From positions 1-50,454 of the forward strand of contig JANOTI010000018.1 in assembly GCA_031416255.1 (NCBI GenBank): a stretch of 50,454 bases of DNA. Direction: 5' to 3'. A program made the position numbers and the translations under genes. Under the pieces are notes generated by a model. That model searched no databases, was not told where the DNA came from, and saw nothing but the letters and a program-made list of their open reading frames with translations. This DNA is from Sphingomonadales bacterium. GTDB lineage: Bacteria; Pseudomonadota; Alphaproteobacteria; Sphingomonadales; Sphingomonadaceae. Below are positions 9,769-19,288 of this stretch, one piece after another. Positions within the stretch are counted from its first letter, which is position 1, and every line of letters starts with the position of its first letter.

Positions 9769-9791
9769 ACCCCTTTTACAGGGATAATCCT

Positions 9792-10625
9792 ATGCGCAAG
9801 GCCACAGGCCTATTGTTGTTTTTCATGTTGGTTTTCGCCGGGAACACTGCTTATGCGCAGACTTTTCCGGCGCTGACTGGCCGCGTGGTTGATGAAGCCA
9901 ATCTGCTTGACCCTGCACAGGAAGCAGCAATTACGGCAAAGCTCGAAGCACTGGAGACGCGCACAAATCGTCAATTTGTGGTCGCGACGCTGAACAGTTT
10001 GCAAGGCTATGATATCGCCGATTACGGTTATCAACTGGGCCGCCATTGGGCCATCGGTCAAGACGGCAAAGGCGAAACCGAAAAAGACAACGGAGCGATT
10101 TTAATTATCGCGCCAAACGAGCGCAAATTGCGGATTGAAGTGGGTTACGGCTTGGAACCCGTTCTAACGGACGGTTTTTCCTCATCCGTAATCCGCAACG
10201 ACATCACGCCATTTTTCAAGGCTGGCGATTTCGCAGGCGGTATTAACGTCGGCGTCGATAAAATCATCACGCAGATCGAGCTGCCACCTGAGGAGGCTGC
10301 AAAGGTCGCGGCGGAAGCCGAAAAGTCACAAAAGAATTCCGGTGACGGTGGTGAAATCGGCGCAGTGCTTTTCTGGTTGTTCGTTTTCTTCTTTTTCATC
10401 CTGCCGATTATCACCTCTATCCGCCGCCAAGGTCGAAAATATCGCGGCAAGCGGCGTGATGATGATGATGATGACAATTGGGGTGGCCCTGTCATTATTT
10501 GGGGCGGCGGATCCGGCTGGGGCGGCGGGTCGTCCGGCTCTTCGTTTGGCGGGGGCGGTGGTTTCGGCGGCTTCGGCGGTGGTGGCGGCGGCTTCGGCGG
10601 CGGTGGCGCGTCGGGCGACTGGTAA
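9792..10625 (+). CDS. TPM domain (YgcG family) membrane protein with Gly-rich tail
   Basis: GRVVDEANLL, RIEVGYGLE, C-terminal GGGGFGGGGASGDW. Confidence 0.92.
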   Translation: MRKATGLLLFFMLVFAGNTAYAQTFPALTGRVVDEANLLDPAQEAAITAKLEALETRTNRQFVVATLNSLQGYDIADYGYQLGRHWAIGQDGKGETEKDNGAILIIAPNERKLRIEVGYGLEPVLTDGFSSSVIRNDITPFFKAGDFAGGINVGVDKIITQIELPPEEAAKVAAEAEKSQKNSGDGGEIGAVLFWLFVFFFFILPIITSIRRQGRKYRGKRRDDDDDDNWGGPVIIWGGGSGWGGGSSGSSFGGGGGFGGFGGGGGGFGGGGASGDW

Positions 10626-10635
10626 GGAAAACGGT

Positions 10636-11325
10636 ATGGCATTGCGCAAAATCAGCCATGTAAGCGAAGCCGACCACATGTTGGTCACTGCAGCCGTTGC
10701 CGCTGCGGAGCACCACACAAGCGGCGAGATCGTCACTATCGTCACCGACCTGTCCGACGATTACGGCGATATCGCATTGGCTTGGGCGACAATGATCGCG
10801 TTTCTCGCGCTGTCGGTGGTCGCATTCATGCCTGGTTCTTTTCTGGGATTGGTGGACCAATGGCTTGGTGGATGGGGCCATGTCTGGCTGCCAAGCGAAT
10901 ATCTGGCGTTAATTTTTCTGTTCATGAGTGCCAGCTGGCTGGGCACATGGCTGTTGATGAAATGGATGCCCCTGCGGCTATTTTTGACGCCCAAGCATAT
11001 AAAGCAAAGCCGCGTTCGTGCGCGCGCTATTGATCTGTTCAAAGTTGGCATTGAAAGCAACACAGTCGGGCGGACCGGTGTTTTGCTCTATGTTTCCCTT
11101 CACGAACACCAGGCCGAAATCGTAGCAGATGAAGCAATTGTTGCGAAGGTTTCGATCGAAGTCTGGGGCGATGCGATGCTCGCACTGATCCGTAAAGTCC
11201 GCGCTGGGCTGCCGGGTGAAGGGATGGCAGACGCTGTCAAGCGCATGGGAATTGTCCTTGCGGAACATTTCCCCAAAGGCAGCGAGAACCCGAATGAATT
11301 GCCGGATCGGTTGATCGAAATCTAA
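10636..11325 (+). CDS. TPM domain membrane protein (second gene of LemA-TPM cluster)
   Basis: Start reassigned to ATG 10636 after AAGGAAA; AEHHTSGEIV, RTGVLLYVS, NELPD. Confidence 0.88.
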   Translation: MALRKISHVSEADHMLVTAAVAAAEHHTSGEIVTIVTDLSDDYGDIALAWATMIAFLALSVVAFMPGSFLGLVDQWLGGWGHVWLPSEYLALIFLFMSASWLGTWLLMKWMPLRLFLTPKHIKQSRVRARAIDLFKVGIESNTVGRTGVLLYVSLHEHQAEIVADEAIVAKVSIEVWGDAMLALIRKVRAGLPGEGMADAVKRMGIVLAEHFPKGSENPNELPDRLIEI

Positions 11326-11843
11326 TGACCGGCTCCGAAACCGAAGAAATCCTATGGCAGGGCAAGTTCATAACAGCAAAGCGCCAAGGCAAATGGGAAT
11401 ATGTCAGCCGCGCGCGCGGGATCAAAGCGGCGGTTATCCTTGCGGTCGAAGACGGGCATGTGCTGCTGGTCGAACAATTCCGCGTGCCTTTGGACAAAAT
11501 GTGCATCGAATTCCCCGCAGGCCTTATCGGTGATATAACCGAAGACGAAGATCCCTTGGAAGCGGCGGGCCGCGAGTTGGAAGAAGAAACCGGCTATCGC
11601 GCCGAAAGCCTCGAGTCGCTCGGCGAATATTATTCCTCACCCGGCATGGTCAGCGAAAGTTTCATGCTTGTCCGTGCCACTGCCTTGACCAAAGTCAGTG
11701 AAGGCGGTGGAGTGTTTGGCGAAAACATAATCCCTCACCGCGTCGCTTTGGAAAATCTGACGGACTTCATTGCCAAAAAACGCGCAGAAGGACGTGGTAT
11801 TGATGTGCGGTTGCTAATGCTGCTTGGACCAACACTTATTTGA
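11325..11843 (+). CDS. NUDIX hydrolase (ADP-ribose pyrophosphatase-like)
   Basis: Nudix box AGLIGD...AAGRELEEETGY; VEQFRVP, SPG; TAATG coupling. Confidence 0.92.
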   Translation: MTGSETEEILWQGKFITAKRQGKWEYVSRARGIKAAVILAVEDGHVLLVEQFRVPLDKMCIEFPAGLIGDITEDEDPLEAAGRELEEETGYRAESLESLGEYYSSPGMVSESFMLVRATALTKVSEGGGVFGENIIPHRVALENLTDFIAKKRAEGRGIDVRLLMLLGPTLI

Positions 11844-12117
11844 AATTGTCAGCGTATGTTTGCAATTTCAATACTTTCGGCGCGGCAGGCACAACCGAAT
11901 AGCTAATATCATTTTTGTCTGCATAAGCCTTGGCAGCTTCTAACGTAGCAAACTTCAAATTCAGCTGACGCCGCGTATCCGATGATCCAGCCCAACCCAT
12001 CAGCGGATCGGGGCGTTGCGAATCAGCTGGATTATATTCCAGCACCCAATTGCCAGCACTGTAACGGCCAGACTGCATGGCGTTTTTCGATTTTTCACTG
12101 ATGCGTGCTTGAGTCAT
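11836..12117 (-). CDS. ETC complex I subunit (NDUFS4 family)
   Basis: KNAMQSG, DPLMGWAGS, YADNF. Confidence 0.9.
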   Translation of the reverse strand: MTQARISEKSKNAMQSGRYSAGNWVLEYNPADSQRPDPLMGWAGSSDTRRQLNLKFATLEAAKAYADKNDISYSVVPAAPKVLKLQTYADNFK

Positions 12118-12154
12118 ACCATGCCTTTCGCCGATTTGACTGTGACGGGCAAGT

Positions 12155-14572
12155 TCAAATTCCCTGCCGTTTTTTCGTTTTCAAACTCGCCACCGCCGCC
12201 GCTGGATCGTCTGGCCAATGATGCCTTGGATAGCGTCCACGCATGTCTTTAGCGACGTCAGCCCAGCTGCCTTTCCAAAATCCGGGCAGGTCACGTGTAG
12301 TTTGGATCGGGCGGCCTGCGGGCGAAGTTAGCGACAACACTAGCGGCACACGTTTTACTCCCACCGCCGGATGGTCCGCAACGCCAAATAAAGCCTGCAC
12401 ACGCAGCTCTACTGTAGGTCCAGCCTCGGCACTGTAATCGATCGCATGTGTTGTCCCTGCCGGTGATGTAAAATGCGAAGGCGCAAGCCGTTCGACGGTT
12501 TGCTGGCCATCCCAGCCGATCAAACCGAGCGTTGCATTGTGAAGCGAACCTGCGTCGATATCCAAAAAACGGCGTTTGCCAGACAGCAACGGCGCAAGCC
12601 AAAGGGTGAGAGTGTCCATAAGGTTGGGATCAGACAGGCCCGTTACACCAGCCCAACTGGCCCGTTCGCGCAAGCGCATGCTGACATCCGGCCAAGGCAG
12701 CTGATCGAGGCCATAAACGCGCACGCCTTCAAGCAATGCGGCTGCCACCGTCTCCGGATTGGGTTTAGCGTCCTGCCCTTTGGAAATCGTAACTGCACCA
12801 AGCCGTTTACCGCTTTCCGTTTTCACTCCTCCGCTGGCCGGATCAAATGTCGTGTGCGCGCCGCTGATGATTCGGTCGCTGTACAAAGCCTCGATTGTTG
12901 CAAAATCTATGGCGGCTGCGGATACTATCCGTGCGCTTTGCGCGGCACCTTGGATGTCGGCCACGGCAAGCCACTCTTCCTTGGCAAGCGGGTGAGCGGG
13001 ATCAAGCCGGTATCCTCTGCCGCCTACACTCAGCCAATGTTCACCGGACGCATCGCGGCGTTTGGCAATGCGGTCAGGGAAAGCCAGCGCGATAGCGGCA
13101 GCCACACCCGCACGGCTGTTTTTGGCAACCGCAGGTGAAGCAAGTTTTTTCCAACGCAGCGCCAGCCCTCGCGCTGCTTCCGCCCGTTTACCCCGATCAT
13201 TGCGCCAACGGTCGAGCCGCCTTTCGACATCCACATTGTTACCACCAAGGCCGCGTTCAGACAAAAGCACCGCAACATCCGCCGCAACAGCGATAAAGCC
13301 GCCACGTCCTGCCTCGATCATCATATGGGCAAGCCGCGGCGGCAGCGGCAGTTTGGCCACGGCGCGGCCATGATCGGTCGGGCGTCCGCTGTCGTCAATG
13401 GCACCAAGGTCGCGCAATCGCATACCGGCTTCATCCAGAGCAGGCTTAGGAGGAGGATCCAGCCAAAGCAAAGACGCGGGGTTGCTCACGCCCCACAGCG
13501 TGCAATCGAGCAACAAGGGGGACAGATCAGCCTCCAGGATTTCGGGTGGGTCGTAGCTTGGCAGACCTGCTGTCGCTGCTTCCTCCCACAGTCGATACGC
13601 TACACCCGCTCCTTGCCTTGCTGCACGGCCAGAACGCTGCGTAGCGGCCGCTTGGCTAACACGTTCCGTCACCAATCGTGTCGATCCCGCCGCACGATCA
13701 TACCGGGCGCGACGGGCCAAGCCGCTATCAACGACGATGCGCACACCGTCGATGGTCAGGCTGGTTTCGGCAATAGACGTGGCGAGGATGACTTTGCGCC
13801 CCCGCCCCTTACGGATTGCTGCGCGCTGTTCTGAAGGATCAAGGCTGCCATGCAATCGGTGAAGTTCGGCAGCGACGCCCACCAAACGTTCTGCTGTGCG
13901 TTCAATCTCGGCTACACCGGGCAAGAAAGCGAGCACATCGCCTTTTTCGTCGATCAAGGCACGGCGGATGACAGCGGCCATTTCGTCCTCAATCCGCGCT
14001 TCGGCTTTGCGCCCAACATGATGCAGTTTCAGCGGCCAGCTGCGCCCTTCACTTTCAATCACAGGCGCATTCATCAGGTTTGCAAAGCGGCTGCCATCCA
14101 ATGTCGCCGACATGGCAACCAGGCGCAGGTCCGGACGCAGTCCCCCTTGCGCATCAAGCGCCAATGCAAGGCCGAAATCGCTATCAAGGCTGCGTTCGTG
14201 AACTTCATCAAACAGCACCGCTGAAACACCGGACAGTTCCGGGTCCGCCTGTATGCGATTGCGAAAAATTCCCTCTGTTAGCACCAAAATCCGCGTTGCG
14301 GTCGACTGCTTGCTGTCAAGCCGGGTCGCATAGCCGATCGTCTTGCCGACGGCCTCCCCGGCCAGTTCGGCCATGCGCTCGGCTGCTGCCCGCGCCGCCA
14401 AACGACGGGGAGAGAGCAACAATATTTGCCCGGTGCACCAATCTTCGCGCAGCAGAGCTGGCGCTACCATCGTGGTTTTGCCCGCACCGGGTGGCGCAAC
14501 CAGCACTGCATTGGATCCAACCCACAGCGCGGCTGTCAGTTCTGGCAGGATTGCTTCAACAGGAAGCGGCAT
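12155..14572 (-). CDS. hrpB: ATP-dependent helicase HrpB
   Basis: APPGAGKTT, DEVHER, MSAT, QRSGRAAR, C-terminal SPAGRPIQTTRDLPGFW; start at ATG 14572 overlapping the upstream stop. Confidence 0.96.
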   Translation of the reverse strand: MPLPVEAILPELTAALWVGSNAVLVAPPGAGKTTMVAPALLREDWCTGQILLLSPRRLAARAAAERMAELAGEAVGKTIGYATRLDSKQSTATRILVLTEGIFRNRIQADPELSGVSAVLFDEVHERSLDSDFGLALALDAQGGLRPDLRLVAMSATLDGSRFANLMNAPVIESEGRSWPLKLHHVGRKAEARIEDEMAAVIRRALIDEKGDVLAFLPGVAEIERTAERLVGVAAELHRLHGSLDPSEQRAAIRKGRGRKVILATSIAETSLTIDGVRIVVDSGLARRARYDRAAGSTRLVTERVSQAAATQRSGRAARQGAGVAYRLWEEAATAGLPSYDPPEILEADLSPLLLDCTLWGVSNPASLLWLDPPPKPALDEAGMRLRDLGAIDDSGRPTDHGRAVAKLPLPPRLAHMMIEAGRGGFIAVAADVAVLLSERGLGGNNVDVERRLDRWRNDRGKRAEAARGLALRWKKLASPAVAKNSRAGVAAAIALAFPDRIAKRRDASGEHWLSVGGRGYRLDPAHPLAKEEWLAVADIQGAAQSARIVSAAAIDFATIEALYSDRIISGAHTTFDPASGGVKTESGKRLGAVTISKGQDAKPNPETVAAALLEGVRVYGLDQLPWPDVSMRLRERASWAGVTGLSDPNLMDTLTLWLAPLLSGKRRFLDIDAGSLHNATLGLIGWDGQQTVERLAPSHFTSPAGTTHAIDYSAEAGPTVELRVQALFGVADHPAVGVKRVPLVLSLTSPAGRPIQTTRDLPGFWKGSWADVAKDMRGRYPRHHWPDDPAAAVASLKTKKRQGI

Positions 14573-14961
14573 CAATGGCGTACCACCGGGCTGCCAAGCT
14601 CGGCATTCAACGCGGCGGCTTCCCTCGCCCATTGCGTGACCACTGCCGGATCAAGCCCGGGATCAGCTTTCACAATGAAGTTGGCGAGCTCAAATTTGCC
14701 ACTCGGTTTTATGCGCGGATCAAGATGGACCAACCGCTTGCCCAGAAAGAATGCGATGATGACACGGGTTTCCTCGGCACGCACAACGATGCAAGGACCG
14801 TTGGAAACAAACAGAAAATTGGTCCATTTGATCGTTTCGGAAAAATCACCACCGGCATGGAACGCTGCGCGCAGCTTTTCAACATAGTCTCGCTGCCAGC
14901 CAGTCAGCGCCTCGACATAGGCGTCCGGGTTTTTCGCAGCTGAGCCTTTAATCATCCCCAT
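14572..14961 (-). CDS. DUF1801 (YdhG-like) domain protein
   Basis: PDAYVEAL..WQR...LR, ETIKW motif; TGATG coupling to hrpB. Confidence 0.75.
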   Translation of the reverse strand: MGMIKGSAAKNPDAYVEALTGWQRDYVEKLRAAFHAGGDFSETIKWTNFLFVSNGPCIVVRAEETRVIIAFFLGKRLVHLDPRIKPSGKFELANFIVKADPGLDPAVVTQWAREAAALNAELGSPVVRH

Positions 14962-14979
14962 CGCCGCTTCATGCGACGA

Positions 14980-15993
14980 TCAATAGGCGCGTGCAACGGC
15001 AAACTCGACAGCCTCGACCAATGCGGCCTTTGCGGTGCTTTGAGGAAATGCGCCAAGCGCATCGATGGCACGCTGCCCGTAATGACGGGCCCGTTCCACA
15101 GTATCATCAATCGCGTTGTATTTGCGCAGCAACAGCGTGGCACGGTCCAGATCAGCATTGCTTGCCTTGTGCCCCAACATCGCGTCGCGCCAGAAACTGC
15201 GTTCTTCGCTGTCGCCCCGACTGTGCGCCAAAATGATCGGCAACGTCACTTTACCATCGCGAAAATCATCGCCGCGCGCTTTGCCCATAGTCGCGCCGTC
15301 AGATGCATAATCCATTGCATCATCAACCAGTTGAAAAGCGATGCCGAGATTGCGGCCATAGGAATCAAGCGCAATCTCGGTTGCCTCGTCCCGTTCTGCA
15401 ACCACCGCAGCGATACGGCATGCAGCCGCAAACAATGCAGCGGTTTTGGCGCCAATAATATCAAGGTATTTTTCTTCGCCGGTGGCAATCTGCCGCTGGG
15501 CTGTCAATTGATTAACTTCGCCCTCGGCAATCACTGCGGACGCATGGCTCAAGATTTTCAGGACTTTTAACGATCCGTCCTCGACCATCAATTCAAACGA
15601 ACGGCTGAACAGAAAATCACCGACTAAAACAGCGGCAGGATTTCCAAAAATTAGGTTCGCCGCCGTCTTACCGCGCCGCATCTCGCTGCCATCGACAACA
15701 TCATCATGCAGTAATGTTGCAGTGTGGATGAATTCTACCGCAGCGGCCAGCTTATGATGCCGGTTACCGGGGTAATCGAGCAGCCGCGCTGATGCCAGCG
15801 TCAGCATTGGCCGCATGCGTTTCCCGCCGCCAGCAATCAAATGCCCGGCAAGTTCGGGAATCAGCGGAATTTCCGACTGCATCCGATCCAGTATAACCGC
15901 ATTTACGCGGTTCATTTCAGGTGCAACGAGCGTCATGATTGGATCAAGCGACGGCGCAGCCTTGTTCGTTATGGAGTGTATAGTAGCGTTCAT
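14980..15993 (-). CDS. ispB: Long-chain polyprenyl diphosphate synthase
   Basis: GGKRMRP, LHDDVVD..MRRG, FQLVDD; start at ATG 15993. Confidence 0.93.
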   Translation of the reverse strand: MNATIHSITNKAAPSLDPIMTLVAPEMNRVNAVILDRMQSEIPLIPELAGHLIAGGGKRMRPMLTLASARLLDYPGNRHHKLAAAVEFIHTATLLHDDVVDGSEMRRGKTAANLIFGNPAAVLVGDFLFSRSFELMVEDGSLKVLKILSHASAVIAEGEVNQLTAQRQIATGEEKYLDIIGAKTAALFAAACRIAAVVAERDEATEIALDSYGRNLGIAFQLVDDAMDYASDGATMGKARGDDFRDGKVTLPIILAHSRGDSEERSFWRDAMLGHKASNADLDRATLLLRKYNAIDDTVERARHYGQRAIDALGAFPQSTAKAALVEAVEFAVARAY

Positions 15994-16087
15994 TTCTCGT
16001 CCGCTCTGACAAGCGGTCGCTGCCAAGGCAAGTGCAAAACAGGCAAAAGCGCTTGTCCACATGGGAAAGTGGCGGCAAGGGTGGCTA

Positions 16088-16372
16088 ATGTCAGACGAAA
16101 TGCTCTCTCGTTATCGCGATTCCATCGACAACATCGATGCCGCACTGGTTTTCATGCTTGCCGAACGGTTTAAGGTAACGCAGGCCGTGGGCGAATACAA
16201 AGCGACAGCGCAGTTGCCACCTGCTGACCCAGGACGCGAAGACCGGCAGATTGAACGATTGCGTCAATTGGCAAAGGACGCAAAACTCGATCCGGATTTT
16301 ACCGAAAAATTCCTGCGGTTCATCATTGACGAAGTGATCCGGCATCACGAACAAATTCGTGCGGCCAACTGA
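16088..16372 (+). CDS. Chorismate mutase (AroQ, monofunctional)
   Basis: RDSIDNIDAALVFMLAERF, VGEYK, DPGRE; start at ATG 16088. Confidence 0.92.
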   Translation: MSDEMLSRYRDSIDNIDAALVFMLAERFKVTQAVGEYKATAQLPPADPGREDRQIERLRQLAKDAKLDPDFTEKFLRFIIDEVIRHHEQIRAAN

Positions 16373-16420
16373 GTGTTTATCTTAACTGAACGGTAACGCG
16401 CTCCGATTTATTTAGCCTGC

Positions 16421-16750
16421 ATGATAATCGTACAAGGTTTTATGAAAGTCCTGCCAGAGGATTTCGCGCAGTATAAACGCCGGATCGTTCTGCACATGGC
16501 GCATGTGCAGATGCTTGATGGTTGCATCCAATATTGCCTGTCCGAAGACCCCGGTATCCCCGGCCTTATCTGGGTTGCGGAACGCTGGCGCGATAAAGCG
16601 GCGCAAGCGGCGCATCTCGCCGGTGATCATATGGGGCAGTTCAACCAGTTCATGAAGCACATGCCGATCAGCGCGGCACACATCGCCAATTACGAGATTG
16701 AAGGCGAAGGCCAGTGGCTCATGCGTGTGGGGTCGTCTTCGGTTAGCTGA
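16421..16750 (+). CDS. Antibiotic biosynthesis monooxygenase (ABM) family protein
   Basis: GCIQY..ED, ERWRDKAAQAAHL pattern. Confidence 0.8.
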   Translation: MIIVQGFMKVLPEDFAQYKRRIVLHMAHVQMLDGCIQYCLSEDPGIPGLIWVAERWRDKAAQAAHLAGDHMGQFNQFMKHMPISAAHIANYEIEGEGQWLMRVGSSSVS

Positions 16751-18142
16751 TTAGCCCGCGGTCTTTGGCAATCGCAACCGTACCAACAATCCGCCCATAT
16801 CTTCGCTTTCATCCAACTCGACAGCACCGTTATAGATTTCGGCGACATCGCGGACGATGGCCATGCCAAGACCAGTACCAGGCTTACTGGTATCCAACCG
16901 GACACCGCGATCAAAAATGCGCGTGCGCTCTTCCTCTGGAATACCGCGACCGTCATCCTCGATCTGGATTTCAACCATATCGCCTTGTTCAACCACCGTC
17001 ACAAAGACGCTGCCGCCGCCATATTTGGCTGCGTTTTCAACCAGATTGCCAAGCATTTCGTCCAGATCCTGACGTTCGACGCGGACAGCCAGGTCCTTTG
17101 CACCCGCCATATCCAGACGTACATGCGCGTACAGTCGGCCGACCGCACGCTCGACGGACTCAAGGCTTGGCCACACATCAGAACGGCTATGGCTATGGCC
17201 TCTACGTCCCACCGCACGCGCACGGGCAAGATGGTGGTCGACTTGGCGGCGCATTGTAGTCGCTTCGCGGATAACGGTATCGGCCAAGTCTGTGGCTTGT
17301 GCTGTCGCGCTGTTCATGATGACGGTCAGAGGTGTTTTAAGCGCGTGCGCCAGATTGCCCGCGTGCCGCCGCGCTTCCTCTGCCTGCATCTCGTTATGAT
17401 CGATCAATGCATTCATTTCCTGCACCATCGGCATCACTTCATCGGGCAATGCCCCTTCGTTGATCCGGTCTTGCTTGCCACTGCGCATTAGGGCAATTTC
17501 GCGGCGAACATCGCGCAGTGGCCATAATCCGTACAGCGTCTGCAAAGCTGCCAGCGCAATCAATCCCAACGCTAGCAACGCAAAGCTGGTAATAAGCACT
17601 GTCCGAAGAACGCTGACCTGTGCGTTGAGCCCGTCAAGATTTTGCGCAACCAAAAACGTCCACTGCGTATCGGAATCAGGCAATGTTACTGTGCGCGTGA
17701 CCACGCGGAGTGGTTCCTCTGGAAACTGGTTGCTATTGAAATAATGTGCTTTTTTATAAATTTTAGACGGCACTTGCAAACGGCGGTCCCATAAGGATCG
17801 CGAGGGCCAATCTTCATGGCCTTTACCGCTAATCTGATAGTAAATTCCGCTGTTGGTTTCCAAAAACCGTTGGTCGCCCAAAGGGCGATTAAGGCGCACA
17901 TCGCCTATCGGATCAATCTCTGAAGATGCGACCATAGCGGTCAGCACATATTGCATCTGATCGTCAAAATTATCTGTAACGGCATCCGCCAACACGCGAT
18001 CAAGTGCGATACCGCCACCAATCAGCAGAAGCGTGATCCAGCCCGCAGCAATCACAATCATCCGGCGGCTTAAAGAGCCTGTACCGCGTGCGGGCTTCTC
18101 CTTTGCCGCCGGAGTTGGGATTACGTCCGCGCCATCTGCCAT
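16751..18142 (-). CDS. Sensor histidine kinase (PhoQ/FeuQ-like)
   Basis: Two TM segments, AHALKTPL H-box, NLVENAAKY, EDDGRG, GTGLGM. Confidence 0.95.
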   Translation of the reverse strand: MADGADVIPTPAAKEKPARGTGSLSRRMIVIAAGWITLLLIGGGIALDRVLADAVTDNFDDQMQYVLTAMVASSEIDPIGDVRLNRPLGDQRFLETNSGIYYQISGKGHEDWPSRSLWDRRLQVPSKIYKKAHYFNSNQFPEEPLRVVTRTVTLPDSDTQWTFLVAQNLDGLNAQVSVLRTVLITSFALLALGLIALAALQTLYGLWPLRDVRREIALMRSGKQDRINEGALPDEVMPMVQEMNALIDHNEMQAEEARRHAGNLAHALKTPLTVIMNSATAQATDLADTVIREATTMRRQVDHHLARARAVGRRGHSHSRSDVWPSLESVERAVGRLYAHVRLDMAGAKDLAVRVERQDLDEMLGNLVENAAKYGGGSVFVTVVEQGDMVEIQIEDDGRGIPEEERTRIFDRGVRLDTSKPGTGLGMAIVRDVAEIYNGAVELDESEDMGGLLVRLRLPKTAG

Positions 18143-18147
18143 AAGAT

Positions 18148-18813
18148 TTAGCCGCGTGGCTCCTCAAGGCTGTAGCCAAGACCGCGAATTGTTGAGATTA
18201 CTTCTTGGCCGAGTTTCTTGCGGATGCGGGTTACGAACACTTCGATAGTGTTCGAATCGCGGTCGAAATCCTGATCATAGATATGCTCAATCAGTTCGGT
18301 ACGCGACACAACTTTGCCCTTGTGATGCATCAAATACGACAGCAATTTATATTCCTGCGCAGTCAATTTCACCGGCTCGCCAGCCAGTGTAACGCGGCCC
18401 GAACGGGTGTCGAGGCGCACATCGCCAGCGGTCAACTCGGACGATGCATTGCCCGATGCACGGCGGATAAGCGCGCGCAGACGAGCGATCAGTTCTTCGG
18501 TCTGGAACGGTTTAGCCAAATAATCATCGGCGCCTGCATCAAGCCCTGCAACCTTATCTGACCAGCTATCACGCGCGGTCAGCACCAGCACCGGGAATTT
18601 CTTCCCCTCGCGACGCCAGCGATCAAGAATCGTCAGACCGTCAATCGTCGGCAGCCCAAGATCAAGAACGACGGCATCGTAATTTTCGGTTGAGCCCATG
18701 AAATGGCCGTCTTCGCCATCGTTGGACAGGTCAACAGCATAGCCTGCACCTTCCAAAGTCGTTTTCAGCTGTTGCCCCAGCGTGGGTTCGTCTTCAACGA
18801 TTAGGATGCGCAT
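18148..18813 (-). CDS. OmpR-family response regulator (PhoP/FeuP-like)
   Basis: VEDE, LDLGLP, GADDYLAKPF, TIRGLGY. Confidence 0.96.
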   Translation of the reverse strand: MRILIVEDEPTLGQQLKTTLEGAGYAVDLSNDGEDGHFMGSTENYDAVVLDLGLPTIDGLTILDRWRREGKKFPVLVLTARDSWSDKVAGLDAGADDYLAKPFQTEELIARLRALIRRASGNASSELTAGDVRLDTRSGRVTLAGEPVKLTAQEYKLLSYLMHHKGKVVSRTELIEHIYDQDFDRDSNTIEVFVTRIRKKLGQEVISTIRGLGYSLEEPRG

Positions 18814-18908
18814 TTTTGCCCCTTTTACCTTTGGCTAATTGTCTTATGGTTGCGCGATAACAGATAAGCTACGCGACAGCAAAAGGCTTAAACACCCTGT
18901 ATCAGGGA

Positions 18909-19208
18909 TTAACGCTGCCGGATGATCGAACCCGAACGCGCGTCAACATCGACAAAGATCACCCGGCCATCATCCACAAATTTCAGTCGATAGATTTTGC
19001 TATCCTGATCATATTCGGGGCCCAAATATTCCATACCCCTCATCCGCGGCAGGATGATGCCTTCAATCTGCCGCAGCGAGAGCACTTTGCCGTCATTCAT
19101 TTGCTTTCGCGCGCTTTGTTGATCGGCTTTAGGCGAAAGGGCAAAAGCAGGCGAGGCGCTGGTCGCAAGGACAGCGGCTGCGACGAAAAGGGCGAGACGG
19201 TTTTTCAT
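18909..19208 (-). CDS. Secreted PepSY-like protein
   Basis: Signal peptide; YRLKF..G...VDVDARSG pattern; first gene of the two-component operon. Confidence 0.75.
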   Translation of the reverse strand: MKNRLALFVAAAVLATSASPAFALSPKADQQSARKQMNDGKVLSLRQIEGIILPRMRGMEYLGPEYDQDSKIYRLKFVDDGRVIFVDVDARSGSIIRQR

Positions 19209-19234
19209 AGTCTCACCCTTTAATGCCGCAGCGT

Positions 19235-19251
19235 TGAATGGAAACTGAATG
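19235..19251 (-). promoter_or_regulatory. Candidate OmpR-family binding box CATTCA-N5-CATTCA
   Basis: TGAATG at 19235-19240 and 19246-19251 (11-bp period), upstream of the PepSY-RR-HK operon. Confidence 0.55.
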
Positions 19252-19288
19252 CCATCGCAAGGATTTGGAAAGCATGTTTCGCGAAGTC

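Noticed and set aside
10145-10642. Pro-rich minus-strand ORF
   Set aside because: Mirror of the Gly-rich tail of the TPM protein
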